Assembly (NCBI GenBank): GCA_964057225.1
Contig: OZ059900.1
Coordinates: forward strand, 5,208,001-5,272,000
Origin: Auanema rhodensis
Lineage: Eukaryota; Animalia; Nematoda
DNA: 64,000 bases
Reading direction: 5' to 3'
Below, one piece after another: positions 9,513-24,824 of the stretch (positions within the stretch are counted from its first letter, which is position 1; each line of letters opens with the position of its first letter). Under the pieces are notes generated by a model, which saw only the letters and a list, made by a program, of their open reading frames with translations, had not been told where the DNA came from and ran no database searches. The position numbers and the translations under genes were made by a program.

Positions 9513-12504
9513 ATGCATGGTAGCCAGGACTTCCAATTTTATGTGAACAGTTAACTATACCACCTAAGTATCCGAAGAAAGTGATCTTGATTTGTAACTT
9601 GGTGCCCGGTAAAGATAGAAAAATACTGTACATTTTAATGAATTCTCCATGGTCATATTAGTCTAAAAACACTATCTTATTGTGTTTGATGCATGGTAGC
9701 CAGGACTTCCAATTTTATGTGAACAGTTAACTATACCACCTAAGTATCCGAAGAAAGTGATCTTGATTTGTAACTTGGTGCCCGGTAAAGATAGAAAAAT
9801 ACTGTACATTTTAATGAATTCTCCATGGTCATATTAGTCTAAAAACACTATCTTATTGTGTTTGATGCATGGTAGCCAGGACTTCCAATTTTATGTGAAC
9901 AGTTAACTATACCACCTAAGTATCCGAAGAAAGTGATCTTGATTTGTAACTCGGTGCCCGGTAAAGATAGAAGAATACTGTACATTTTGATGAACTCTCC
10001 ATGGCCATATTAGACTAAAAACACTATCTTATTGTGTTTGATGCATGGTAGCCAGGACTTCCAATTTTATGTGAACAGTTAACTATACCACCTAAGTATC
10101 CGAAGAAAGTGATCTTGATTTGTAACTCGGTGCCCGGTAAAGATAGAAGAATACTGTACATTTTGATGAACTCTCCATGGCCATATTAGTCTAAAAACAC
10201 TATCTTATTGTGTTTGATGCATGGTAGCCAGGACTTCCAATTTTATGTGAAGAGTTAACTATACCACCTAAGTATCCGAAGAAAGTGATCTTGATTTGTA
10301 ACTCGGTGCCCGGTAAAGATAGAAGAATACTGTACATTTTGATGAACTCTCCATGGCCATATTAGACTAAAAACACTATCTTATTGTGTTTGATGCATGG
10401 TAGCCAGGACTTCCAATTTTATGTGAACAGTTAACTATACCACCTAAGTATCCGAAGAAAGTGATCTTGATTTGTAACTCGGTGCCCGTTAAAGATAGAA
10501 GAATACTGTACATTTTGATGAACTCTCCATGGCCATATTAGTCTAAAAACACTATCTTATTGTGTTTGATGCATGGTAGCCAGGACTTCCAATTTTATGT
10601 GAAGAGTTAACTATACCACCTAAGTATCCGAAGAAAGTGATCTTGATTTGTAACTCGGTGCCCGGTAAAGATAGAAGAATACTGTACATTTTGATTAACT
10701 CTCCATGGCCATATTAGACTAAAAACACTATCTTATTGTGTTTGATGCATGGTAGCCAGGACTTCCAATTTTATGTGAACAGTTAACTATACCACCTAAG
10801 TATCCGAAGAAAGTGATCTTGATTTGTAACTCGGTGCCCGGTAAAGATAGAAGAATACTGTACATTTTGATGAACTCTCCATGGCCATATTAGACTAAAA
10901 ACACTATCTTATTGTGTTTGATGCATGGTAGCCAGGACTTCCAATTTTATGTGAACAGTTAACTATACCACCTAAGTATCCGAAGAAAGTGATCTTGATT
11001 TGTAACTCGGTGCCCGGTAAAGATAGAAGAATACTGTACATTTTGATGAACTCTCCATGGCCATATTAGACTAAAAACACTATCTTATTGTGTTTGATGC
11101 ATGGTAGCCAGGACTTCCAATATTATGTGAACAGTTAACTATACCACCTAAGTATCCGAAGAAAGTGATCTTGATTTGTAACTCGGTGCCCGTTAAAGAT
11201 AGAAGAATACTGTACATTTTGATAAACTCTCCATGGCCATATTAGACTAAAAACACTATCTTATTGTGTTTGATGCATGGTAGCCAGGACTTCCAATTTT
11301 ATGTGAACAGTTAACTATACCACCTAAGTATCCGAAGAAAGTGATCTTGATTTGTAACTCGGTGCCCGGTAAAGATAGAAGAATACTGTACATTTTGATG
11401 AACTCTCCATGGCCATATTAGACTAAAAACACTATCTTATTGTGTTTGATGCATGGTAGCCAGGACTTCCAATTTTATGTGAACAGTTAACTATACCACC
11501 TAAGTATCCGAAGAAAGTGATCTTGATTTGTAACTTGGTGCCCGGTAAAGATAGAAAAATACTGTACATTTTAATGAATTCTCCATGGTCATATTAGTCT
11601 AAAAACACTATCTTATTGTGTTTGATGCATGGTAACCAAGACTTCCAATTTTATGTGAACAGTTAACTATACCACCTAAGTATCCGAAGAAAGTGATCTT
11701 GATTTGTAACTCGGTGCCCGGTAAAGATAGAAGAATACTGTACATTTTGATGAACTCTCCATGGCCATATTAGACTAAAAACACTATCTTATTGTGTTTG
11801 ATGCATGGTAGCCAGGACTTCCAATTTTATGTGAACAGTTAACTATACCACCTAAGTATCCGAAGAAAGTGATCTTGATTTGTAACTCGGTGCCCGGTAA
11901 AGATAGAAGAATACTGTACATTTTGATGAACTCTCCATGGCCATATTAGACTAAAAACACTATCTTATTGTGTTTGATGCATGGTAGCCAGGACTTCCAA
12001 TTTTATGTGAACAGTTAACTATACCACCTAAGTATCCGAAGAAAGTGATCTTGATTTGTAACTTGGTGCCCGGTAAAGATAGAAAAATACTGTACATTTT
12101 AATGAATTCTCCATGGTCATATTAGTCTAAAAACACTATCTTATTGTGTTTGATGCATGGTAACCAAGACTTCCAATTTTATGTGAACAGTTAACTATAC
12201 CACCTAAGTATCCGAAGAAAGTGATCTTGATTTGTAACTCGGTGCCCGGTAAAGATAGAAGAATACTGTACATTTTGATGAACTCTCCATGGCCATATTA
12301 GACTAAAAACACTATCTTATTGTGTTTGATGCATGGTAGCCAGGACTTCCAATTTTATGTGAACAGTTAACTATACCACCTAAGTATCCGAAGAAAGTGA
12401 TCTTGATTTGTAACTCGGTGCCCGGTAAAGATAGAAGAATACTGTACATTTTGATGAACTCTCCATGGCCATATTAGACTAAAAACACTATCTTATTGTG
12501 TTTG

Positions 12505-15500
12505 ATGCATGGTAGCCAGGACTTCCAATTTTATGTGAACAGTTAACTATACCACCTAAGTATCCGAAGAAAGTGATCTTGATTTGTAACTCGGTGCCCG
12601 GTAAAGATAGAAGAATACTGTACATTTTGATGAACTCTCCATGGCCATATTAGACTAAAAACACTATCTTATTGTGTTTGATGCATGGTAGCCAGGACTT
12701 CCAATTTTATGTGAACAGTTAACTATACCACCTAAGTATCCGAAGAAAGTGATCTTGATTTGTAACTCGGTGCCCGGTAAAGATAGAAGAATACTGTACA
12801 TTTTGATGAACTCTCCATGGCCATATTAGACTAAAAACACTATCTTATTGTGTTTGATGCATGGTAGCCAGGACTTCCAATTTTATGTGAACAGTTAACT
12901 ATACCACCTAAGTATCCGAAGAAAGTGATCTTGATTTGTAACTCGGTGCCCGGTAAAGATAGAAGAATACTGTACATTTTGATGAACTCTCCATGGCCAT
13001 ATTAGACTAAAAACACTATCTTATTGTGTTTGATGCATGGTAGCCAGGACTTCCAATTTTATGTGAACAGTTAACTATACCACCTAAGTATCCGAAGAAA
13101 GTGATCTTGATTTGTAACTCGGTGCCCGGTAAAGATAGAAGAATACTGTACATTTTGATGAACTCTCCATGGCCATATTAGACTAAAAACACTATCTTAT
13201 TGTGTTTGATGCATGGTAGCCAGGACTTCCAATTTTATGTGAACAGTTAACTATACCACCTAAGTATCCGAAGAAAGTGATCTTGATTTGTAACTCGGTG
13301 CCCGGTAAAGATAGAAGAATACTGTACATTTTGATGAACTCTCCATGGCCATATTAGACTAAAAACACTATCTTATTGTGTTTGATGCATGGTAGCCAGG
13401 ACTTCCAATTTTATGTGAACAGTTAACTATACCACCTAAGTATCCGAAGAAAGTGATCTTGATTTGTAACTTGGTGCCCGGTAAAGATAGAAAAATACTG
13501 TACATTTTAATGAATTCTCCATGGTCATATTAGTCTAAAAACACTATCTTATTGTGTTTGATGCATGGTAACCAAGACTTCCAATTTTATGTGAACAGTT
13601 AACTATACCACCTAAGTATCCGAAGAAAGTGATCTTGATTTGTAACTCGGTGCCCGGTAAAGATAGAAGAATACTGTACATTTTGATGAACTCTCCATGG
13701 CCATATTAGACTAAAAACACTATCTTATTGTGTTTGATGCATGGTAGCCAGGACTTCCAATTTTATGTGAACAGTTAACTATACCACCTAAGTATCCGAA
13801 GAAAGTGATCTTGATTTGTAACTCGGTGCCCGGTAAAGATAGAAGAATACTGTACATTTTGATGAACTCTCCATGGCCATATTAGACTAAAAACACTATC
13901 TTATTGTGTTTGATGCATGGTAGCCAGGACTTGCAATTTTATGTGAACAGTTAACTATACCACCTAAGTATCCGAAGAAAGTGATCTTGATTTGTAACTC
14001 GGTGCCCGTTAAAGATAGAAGAATACTGTACATTTCAATGAATTCTCCATGGCCATATTAGTCTAAAAACACTATCTTATTGTGTTTGATGCATGGTAGC
14101 CAGGACTTCCAATTTTATGTGAACAGTTAACTATACCACCTAAGTATCCGAAGAAAGTGATCTTGATTTGTAACTCGGTGCCCGGTAAAGATAGAAGAAT
14201 ACTGTACATTTTGATGAACTCTCCATGGCCATATTAGACTAAAAACACTATCTTATTGTGTTTGATGCATGGTAGCCAGGACTTCCAATTTTATGTGAAC
14301 AGTTAACTATACCACCTAAGTATCCGAAGAAAGTGATCTTGATTTGTAACTCGGTGCCCGGTAAAGATAGAAGAATACTGTACATTTTGATGAACTCTCC
14401 ATGGCCATATTAGACTAAAAACACTATCTTATTGTGTTTGATGCATGGTAGCCAGGACTTCCAATTTTATGTGAACAGTTAACTATACCACCTAAGTATC
14501 CGAAGAAAGTGATCTTGATTTGTAACTCGGTGCCCGGTAAAGATAGAAGAATACTGTACATTTTGATGAACTCTCCATGGCCATATTAGACTAAAAACAC
14601 TATCTTATTGTGTTTGATGCATGGTAGCCAGGACTTCCAATTTTATGTGAACAGTTAACTATACCACCTAAGTATCCGAAGAAAGTGATCTTGATTTGTA
14701 ACTCGGTGCCCGTTAAAGATAGAAGAATACTGTACATTTTAATGAATTCTCCATGGCCATATTAGACTAAAAACACTATCTTATTGTGTTTGATGCATGG
14801 TAGCCAGGACTTCCAATTTTATGTGAACAGTTAACTATACCACCTAAGTATCCGAAGAAAGTGATCTTGATTTGTAACTCGGTGCCCGGTAAAGATAGAA
14901 GAATACTGTACATTTTAATGAATTCTCCATGGTCATATTAGACTAAAAACACTATCTTATTGTGTTTGATGCATGGTAGCCAGGACTTCCAATTTTATGT
15001 GAACAGTTAACTATACCACCTAAGTATCCGAAGAAAGTGATCTTGATTTGTAACTCGGTGCCCGGTAAAGATAGAAGAATACTGTACATTTTGATGAACT
15101 CTCCATGGCCATATTAGACTAAAAACACTATCTTATTGTGTTTGATGCATGGTAGCCAGGACTTCCAATTTTATGTGAACAGTTAACTATACCACCTAAG
15201 TATCCGAAGAAAGTGATCTTGATTTGTAACTCGGTGCCCGGTAAAGATAGAAGAATACTGTACATTTTGATGAACTCTCCATGGCCATATTAGACTAAAA
15301 ACACTATCTTATTGTGTTTGATGCATGGTAGCCAGGACTTCCAATTTTATGTGAACAGTTAACTATACCACCTAAGTATCCGAAGAAAGTGATCTTGATT
15401 TGTAACTCGGTGCCCGGTAAAGATAGAAGAATACTGTACATTTTGATGAACTCTCCATGGCCATATTAGACTAAAAACACTATCTTATTGTGTTTGATGC

Positions 15501-17432
15501 ATGGTAGCCAGGACTTCCAATTTTATGTGAACAGTTAACTATACCACCTAAGTATCCGAAGAAAGTGATCTTGATTTGTAACTCGGTGCCCGGTAAAGAT
15601 AGAAGAATACTGTACATTTTGATGAACTCTCCATGGCCATATTAGACTAAAAACACTATCTTATTGTGTTTGATGCATGGTAGCCAGGACTTCCAATTTT
15701 ATGTGAACAGTTAACTATACCACCTAAGTATCCGAAGAAAGTGATCTTGATTTGTAACTCGGTGCCCGGTAAAGATAGAAGAATACTGTACATTTTGATG
15801 AACTCTCCATGGCCATATTAGACTAAAAACACTATCTTATTGTGTTTGATGCATGGTAGCCAGGACTTCCAATTTTATGTGAACAGTTAACTATACCACC
15901 TAAGTATCCGAAGAAAGTGATCTTGATTTGTAACTTGGTGCCCGGTAAAGATAGAAAAATACTGTACATTTTAATGAATTCTCCATGGTCATATTAGTCT
16001 AAAAACACTATCTTATTGTGTTTGATGCATGGTAACCAAGACTTCCAATTTTATGTGAACAGTTAACTATACCACCTAAGTATCCGAAGAAAGTGATCTT
16101 GATTTGTAACTCGGTGCCCGGTAAAGATAGAAGAATACTGTACATTTTGATGAACTCTCCATGGCCATATTAGACTAAAAACACTATCTTATTGTGTTTG
16201 ATGCATGGTAGCCAGGACTTCCAATTTTATGTGAACAGTTAACTATACCACCTAAGTATCCGAAGAAAGTGATCTTGATTTGTAACTCGGTGCCCGGTAA
16301 AGATAGAAGAATACTGTACATTTTGATGAACTCTCCATGGCCATATTAGACTAAAAACACTATCTTATTGTGTTTGATGCATGGTAGCCAGGACTTGCAA
16401 TTTTATGTGAACAGTTAACTATACCACCTAAGTATCCGAAGAAAGTGATCTTGATTTGTAACTCGGTGCCCGTTAAAGATAGAAGAATACTGTACATTTC
16501 AATGAATTCTCCATGGCCATATTAGTCTAAAAACACTATCTTATTGTGTTTGATGCATGGTAGCCAGGACTTCCAATTTTATGTGAACAGTTAACTATAC
16601 CACCTAAGTATCCGAAGAAAGTGATCTTGATTTGTAACTCGGTGCCCGGTAAAGATAGAAGAATACTGTACATTTTGATGAACTCTCCATGGCCATATTA
16701 GACTAAAAACACTATCTTATTGTGTTTGATGCATGGTAGCCAGGACTTCCAATTTTATGTGAACAGTTAACTATACCACCTAAGTATCCGAAGAAAGTGA
16801 TCTTGATTTGTAACTCGGTGCCCGGTAAAGATAGAAGAATACTGTACATTTTGATGAACTCTCCATGGCCATATTAGACTAAAAACACTATCTTATTGTG
16901 TTTGATGCATGGTAGCCAGGACTTCCAATTTTATGTGAACAGTTAACTATACCACCTAAGTATCCGAAGAAAGTGATCTTGATTTGTAACTCGGTGCCCG
17001 GTAAAGATAGAAGAATACTGTACATTTTGATGAACTCTCCATGGCCATATTAGACTAAAAACACTATCTTATTGTGTTTGATGCATGGTAGCCAGGACTT
17101 CCAATTTTATGTGAACAGTTAACTATACCACCTAAGTATCCGAAGAAAGTGATCTTGATTTGTAACTCGGTGCCCGTTAAAGATAGAAGAATACTGTACA
17201 TTTTAATGAATTCTCCATGGCCATATTAGACTAAAAACACTATCTTATTGTGTTTGATGCATGGTAGCCAGGACTTCCAATTTTATGTGAACAGTTAACT
17301 ATACCACCTAAGTATCCGAAGAAAGTGATCTTGATTTGTAACTCGGTGCCCGGTAAAGATAGAAGAATACTGTACATTTTAATGAATTCTCCATGGTCAT
17401 ATTAGACTAAAAACACTATCTTATTGTGTTTG
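12505..17432. repeat. 14-monomer (2464-bp) tandem duplication: 12505-14968 and 14969-17432
   Basis: Private TTGCAA (13933, 16397) and linked TTTCAATG (14036, 16500) are 2464 apart, with the same monomer type order. Confidence 0.88.
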
Positions 17433-20400
17433 ATGCATGGTAGCCAGGACTTCCAATTTTATGTGAACAGTTAACTATACCACCTAAGTATCCGAAGAAA
17501 GTGATCTTGATTTGTAACTCGGTGCCCGGTAAAGATAGAAGAATACTGTACATTTTAATGAATTCTCCATGGTCATATTAGTCTAAAAACACTATCTTAT
17601 TGTGTTTGATGCATGGTAGCCAGGACTTCCAATTTTATGTGAACAGTTAACTATACCACCTAAGTATCCGAAGAAAGTGATCTTGATTTGTAACTCGGTG
17701 CCCGGTAAAGATAGAAGAATACTGTACATTTTAATGAATTCTCCATGGCCATATTAGACTAAAAACACTATCTTATTGTGTTTGATGCATGGTAGCCAGG
17801 ACTTCCAATTTTATGTGAACAGTTAACTATACCACCTAAGTATCCGAAGAAAGTGATCTTGATTTGTAACTCGGTGCCCGGTAAAGATAGAAGAATACTG
17901 TACATTTTAATGAATTCTCCATGGCCATATTAGACTAAAAACACTATCTTATTGTGTTTGATGCATGGTAGCCAGGACTTCCAATTTTATGTGAACAGTT
18001 AACTATACCACCTAAGTATCCGAAGAAAGTGATCTTGATTTGTAACTCGGTGCCCGGTAAAGATAGAAGAATACTGTACATTTTAAAGAATTCTCCATGG
18101 TCATATTAGACTAAAAACACTATCTTATTGTGTTTGATGCATGGTAGCCAGGACTTCCAATTTTATGTGAACAGTTAACTATACCACCTAAGTATCCGAA
18201 GAAAGTGATCTTGATTTGTAACTCGGTGCCCGGTAAAGATAGAAGAATACTGTACATTTTAATGAATTCTCCATGGCCATATTAGACTAAAAACACTATC
18301 TTATTGTGTTTGATGCATGGTAGCCAGGACTTCCAATTTTATGTGAACAGTTAACTATACCACCTAAGTATCCGAAGAAAGTGATCTTGATTTGTAACTC
18401 GGTGCCCGGTAAAGATAGAAGAATACTGTACATTTTAATGAATTCTCCATGGCCATATTAGACTAAAAACACTATCTTATTGTGTTTGATGCATGGTAGC
18501 CAGGACTTCCAATTTTATGTGAACAGTTAACTATACCACCTAAGTATCCGAAGAAAGTGATCTTGATTTGTAACTCGGTGCCCGGTAAAGATAGAAGAAT
18601 ACTGTACATTTTAAAGAATTCTCCATGGTCATATTAGACTAAAAACACTATCTTATTGTGTTTGATGCATGGTAGCCAGGACTTCCAATTTTATGTGAAC
18701 AGTTAACTATACCACCTAAGTATCCGAAGAAAGTGATCTTGATTTGTAACTCGGTGCCCGGTAAAGATAGAAGAATACTGTACATTTTAATGAATTCTCC
18801 ATGGCCATATTAGACTAAAAACACTATCTTATTGTGTTTGATGCATGGTAGCCAGGACTTCCAATTTTATGTGAACAGTTAACTATACCACCTAAGTATC
18901 CGAAGAAAGTGATCTTGATTTGTAACTCGGTGCCCGGTAAAGATAGAAGAATACTGTACATTTTAATGAATTCTCCATGGTCATATTAGTCTAAAAACAC
19001 TATCTTATTGTGTTTGATGCATGGTAGCCAGGACTTCCAATTTTATGTGAACAGTTAACTATACCACCTAAGTATCCGAAGAAAGTGATCTTGATTTGTA
19101 ACTCGGTGCCCGGTAAAGATAGAAGAATACTGTACATTTTGATGAACTCTCCATGGCCATATTAGACTAAAAACACTATCTTATTGTGTTTGATGCATGG
19201 TAGCCAGGACTTCCAATTTTATGTGAAGAGTTAACTATACCACCTAAGTATCCGAAGAAAGTGATCTTGATTTGTAACTTGGTGCCCGTTAAAGATAGAA
19301 GAATACTGTACATTTTAATAAATTCTCCATGGTCATATTAGTCTAAAAACACTATCTTATTGTGTTTGATGCATGGTAGCCAGGACTTCCAATTTTATGT
19401 GAAGAGTTAACTATACCACCTAAGTATCCGAAGAAAGTGATCTTGATTTGTAACTTGGTGCCCGGTAAAGATAGAAAAATACTGTACATTTTAATGAATT
19501 CTCCAGGGTCATATTAGTCTAAAAACACTATCTTATTGTGTTTGATGCATGGTAACCAAGACTTCCAATTTTATGTGAACAGTTAACTATACCACCTAAG
19601 TATCCGAAGAAAGTGATCTTGATTTGTAACTCGGTGCCCGTTAAAGATAGAAGAATACTGTACATTTTAATGAATTCTCCATGGCCATATTAGTCTAAAA
19701 ACACTATCTTATTGTGTTTGATGCATGGTAGCCAGGACTTCCAATTTTATGTGACGAGTTAACTATACCACCTAAGTATCCGAAGAAAGTGATCTTGATT
19801 TGTAACTTGGTGCCCGGTAAAGATAGAAAAATACTGTACATTTTAATGAATTCTCCATAGTCATATTAGTCTAAAAACACTATCTTATTGTGTTTGATGC
19901 ATGGTAACCAAGACTTCCAATTTTATGTGAACAGTTAACTATACCACCTAAGTATCCGAAGAAAGTGATCTTGATTTGTAACTCGGTGCCCGTTAAAGAT
20001 AGAAGAATACTGTACATTTTAATGAATTCTCCATGGTCATATTAGTCTAAAAACACTATCTTATTGTGTTTGATGCATGGTAGCCAGGACTTCCAATTTT
20101 ATGTGAACAGTTAACTATACCACCTAAGTATCCGAAGAAAGTGATCTTGATTTGTAACTCGGTGCCCGGTAAAGATAGAAGAATACTGTACATTTTAATG
20201 AATTCTCCATGGTCATATTAGTCTAAAAACACTATCTTATTGTGTTTGATGCATGGTAGCCAGGACTTCCAATTTTATGTGAACAGTTAACTATACCACC
20301 TAAGTATCCGAAGAAAGTGATCTTGATTTGTAACTCGGTGCCCGTTAAAGATAGAAGAATACTGTACATTTTAATGAATTCTCCATGGTCATATTAGTCT

Positions 20401-23400
20401 AAAAACACTATCTTATTGTGTTTGATGCATGGTAGCCAGGACTTCCAATTTTATGTGAACAGTTAACTATACCACCTAAGTATCCGAAGAAAGTGATCTT
20501 GATTTGTAACTCGGTGCCCGGTAAAGATAGAAGAATACTGTACACTTTAATGAATTCTCCATGGCCATATTAGACTAAAAACACTATCTTATTGTGTTTG
20601 ATGCATGGTAGCCAGGACTTCCAATTTTATGTGAACAGTTAACTATACCACCTAAGTATCCGAAGAAAGTGATCTTGATTTGTAACTCGGTGCCCGGTAA
20701 AGATAGAAGAATACTGTACATTTTAATGAATTCTCCATGGTCATATTAGTCTAAAAACACTATCTTATTGTGTTTGATGCATGGTAGCCAGGACTTCCAA
20801 TTTTATGTGAACAGTTAACTATACCACCTAAGTATCCGAAGAAAGTGATCTTGATTTGTAACTCGGTGCCCGGTAAAGATAGAAGAATACTGTACATTTT
20901 GATGAACTCTCCATGGCCATATTAGACTAAAAACACTATCTTATTGTGTTTGATGCATGGTAGCCAGGACTTCCAATTTTATGTGAACAGTTAACTATAC
21001 CACCTAAGTATCCGAAGAAAGTGATCTTGATTTGTAACTCGGTGCCCGGTAAAGATAGAAGAATACTGTACATTTTGATGAACTCTCCATGGCCATATTA
21101 GACTAAAAACACTATCTTATTGTGTTTGATGCATGGTAGCCAGGACTTCCAATTTTATGTGAACAGTTAACTATACCACCTAAGTATCCGAAGAAAGTGA
21201 TCTTGATTTGTAACTCGGTGCCCGTTAAAGATAGAAGAATACTGTACATTTTAATGAATTCTCCATGGCCATATTAGACTAAAAACACTATCTTATTGTG
21301 TTTGATGCATGGTAGCCAGGACTTCCAATTTTATGTGAACAGTTAACTATACCACCTAAGTATCCGAAGAAAGTGATCTTGATTTGTAACTCGGTGCCCG
21401 GTAAAGATAGAAGAATACTGTACATTTTAATGAATTCTCCATAGTCATATTAGACTAAAAACACTATCTTATTGTGTTTGATGCATGGTAGCCAGGACTT
21501 CCAATTTTATGTGAACAGTTAACTATACCACCTAAGTATCCGAAGAAAGTGATCTTGATTTGTAACTCGGTGCCCGGTAAAGATAGAAGAATACTGTACA
21601 TTTTAATGAATTCTCCATGGTCATATTAGTCTAAAAACACTATCTTATTGTGTTTGATGCATGGTAGCCAGGACTTCCAATTTTATGTGAACAGTTAACT
21701 ATACCACCTAAGTATCCGAAGAAAGTGATCTTGATTTGTAACTCGGTGCCCGGTAAAGATAGAAGAATACTGTACATTTTAATGAATTCTCCATGGCCAT
21801 ATTAGACTAAAAACACTATCTTATTGTGTTTGATGCATGGTAGCCAGGACTTCCAATTTTATGTGAACAGTTAACTATACCACCTAAGTATCCGAAGAAA
21901 GTGATCTTGATTTGTAACTCGGTGCCCGGTAAAGATAGAAGAATACTGTACATTTTAATGAATTCTCCATGGCCATATTAGACTAAAAACACTATCTTAT
22001 TGTGTTTGATGCATGGTAGCCAGGACTTCCAATTTTATGTGAACAGTTAACTATACCACCTAAGTATCCGAAGAAAGTGATCTTGATTTGTAACTCGGTG
22101 CCCGGTAAAGATAGAAGAATACTGTACATTTTAAAGAATTCTCCATGGTCATATTAGACTAAAAACACTATCTTATTGTGTTTGATGCATGGTAGCCAGG
22201 ACTTCCAATTTTATGTGAACAGTTAACTATACCACCTAAGTATCCGAAGAAAGTGATCTTGATTTGTAACTCGGTGCCCGGTAAAGATAGAAGAATACTG
22301 TACATTTTAATGAATTCTCCATGGCCATATTAGACTAAAAACACTATCTTATTGTGTTTGATGCATGGTAGCCAGGACTTCCAATTTTATGTGAACAGTT
22401 AACTATACCACCTAAGTATCCGAAGAAAGTGATCTTGATTTGTAACTCGGTGCCCGGTAAAGATAGAAGAATACTGTACATTTTAATGAATTCTCCATGG
22501 CCATATTAGACTAAAAACACTATCTTATTGTGTTTGATGCATGGTAGCCAGGACTTCCAATTTTATGTGAACAGTTAACTATACCACCTAAGTATCCGAA
22601 GAAAGTGATCTTGATTTGTAACTCGGTGCCCGGTAAAGATAGAAGAATACTGTACATTTTAAAGAATTCTCCATGGTCATATTAGACTAAAAACACTATC
22701 TTATTGTGTTTGATGCATGGTAGCCAGGACTTCCAATTTTATGTGAACAGTTAACTATACCACCTAAGTATCCGAAGAAAGTGATCTTGATTTGTAACTC
22801 GGTGCCCGGTAAAGATAGAAGAATACTGTACATTTTAATGAATTCTCCATGGCCATATTAGACTAAAAACACTATCTTATTGTGTTTGATGCATGGTAGC
22901 CAGGACTTCCAATTTTATGTGAACAGTTAACTATACCACCTAAGTATCCGAAGAAAGTGATCTTGATTTGTAACTCGGTGCCCGGTAAAGATAGAAGAAT
23001 ACTGTACATTTTAATGAATTCTCCATGGTCATATTAGTCTAAAAACACTATCTTATTGTGTTTGATGCATGGTAGCCAGGACTTCCAATTTTATGTGAAC
23101 AGTTAACTATACCACCTAAGTATCCGAAGAAAGTGATCTTGATTTGTAACTCGGTGCCCGGTAAAGATAGAAGAATACTGTACATTTTGATGAACTCTCC
23201 ATGGCCATATTAGACTAAAAACACTATCTTATTGTGTTTGATGCATGGTAGCCAGGACTTCCAATTTTATGTGAAGAGTTAACTATACCACCTAAGTATC
23301 CGAAGAAAGTGATCTTGATTTGTAACTTGGTGCCCGTTAAAGATAGAAGAATACTGTACATTTTAATAAATTCTCCATGGTCATATTAGTCTAAAAACAC

Positions 23401-24824
23401 TATCTTATTGTGTTTGATGCATGGTAGCCAGGACTTCCAATTTTATGTGAAGAGTTAACTATACCACCTAAGTATCCGAAGAAAGTGATCTTGATTTGTA
23501 ACTTGGTGCCCGGTAAAGATAGAAAAATACTGTACATTTTAATGAATTCTCCAGGGTCATATTAGTCTAAAAACACTATCTTATTGTGTTTGATGCATGG
23601 TAACCAAGACTTCCAATTTTATGTGAACAGTTAACTATACCACCTAAGTATCCGAAGAAAGTGATCTTGATTTGTAACTCGGTGCCCGTTAAAGATAGAA
23701 GAATACTGTACATTTTAATGAATTCTCCATGGCCATATTAGTCTAAAAACACTATCTTATTGTGTTTGATGCATGGTAGCCAGGACTTCCAATTTTATGT
23801 GACGAGTTAACTATACCACCTAAGTATCCGAAGAAAGTGATCTTGATTTGTAACTTGGTGCCCGGTAAAGATAGAGAAATACTGTACATTTTAATGAATT
23901 CTCCATAGTCATATTAGTCTAAAAACACTATCTTATTGTGTTTGATGCATGGTAACCAAGACTTCCAATTTTATGTGAACAGTTAACTATACCACCTAAG
24001 TATCCGAAGAAAGTGATCTTGATTTGTAACTCGGTGCCCGTTAAAGATAGAAGAATACTGTACATTTTAATGAATTCTCCATGGTCATATTAGTCTAAAA
24101 ACACTATCTTATTGTGTTTGATGCATGGTAGCCAGGACTTCCAATTTTATGTGAACAGTTAACTATACCACCTAAGTATCCGAAGAAAGTGATCTTGATT
24201 TGTAACTCGGTGCCCGGTAAAGATAGAAGAATACTGTACATTTTAATGAATTCTCCATGGTCATATTAGTCTAAAAACACTATCTTATTGTGTTTGATGC
24301 ATGGTAGCCAGGACTTCCAATTTTATGTGAACAGTTAACTATACCACCTAAGTATCCGAAGAAAGTGATCTTGATTTGTAACTCGGTGCCCGTTAAAGAT
24401 AGAAGAATACTGTACATTTTAATGAATTCTCCATGGTCATATTAGTCTAAAAACACTATCTTATTGTGTTTGATGCATGGTAGCCAGGACTTCCAATTTT
24501 ATGTGAACAGTTAACTATACCACCTAAGTATCCGAAGAAAGTGATCTTGATTTGTAACTCGGTGCCCGGTAAAGATAGAAGAATACTGTACACTTTAATG
24601 AATTCTCCATGGCCATATTAGACTAAAAACACTATCTTATTGTGTTTGATGCATGGTAGCCAGGACTTCCAATTTTATGTGAACAGTTAACTATACCACC
24701 TAAGTATCCGAAGAAAGTGATCTTGATTTGTAACTCGGTGCCCGGTAAAGATAGAAGAATACTGTACATTTTAATGAATTCTCCATGGTCATATTAGTCT
24801 AAAAACACTATCTTATTGTGTTTG
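16729..24824. repeat. 23-monomer (4048-bp) tandem duplication: 16729-20776 and 20777-24824
   Basis: TAAAGAATTC (18087/22135, 18615/22663), CCAGGG (19506/23554) and CACTTTAA (20545/24593) are all 4048 apart. The differences I noticed are at 21443 and 23876. Confidence 0.9.
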
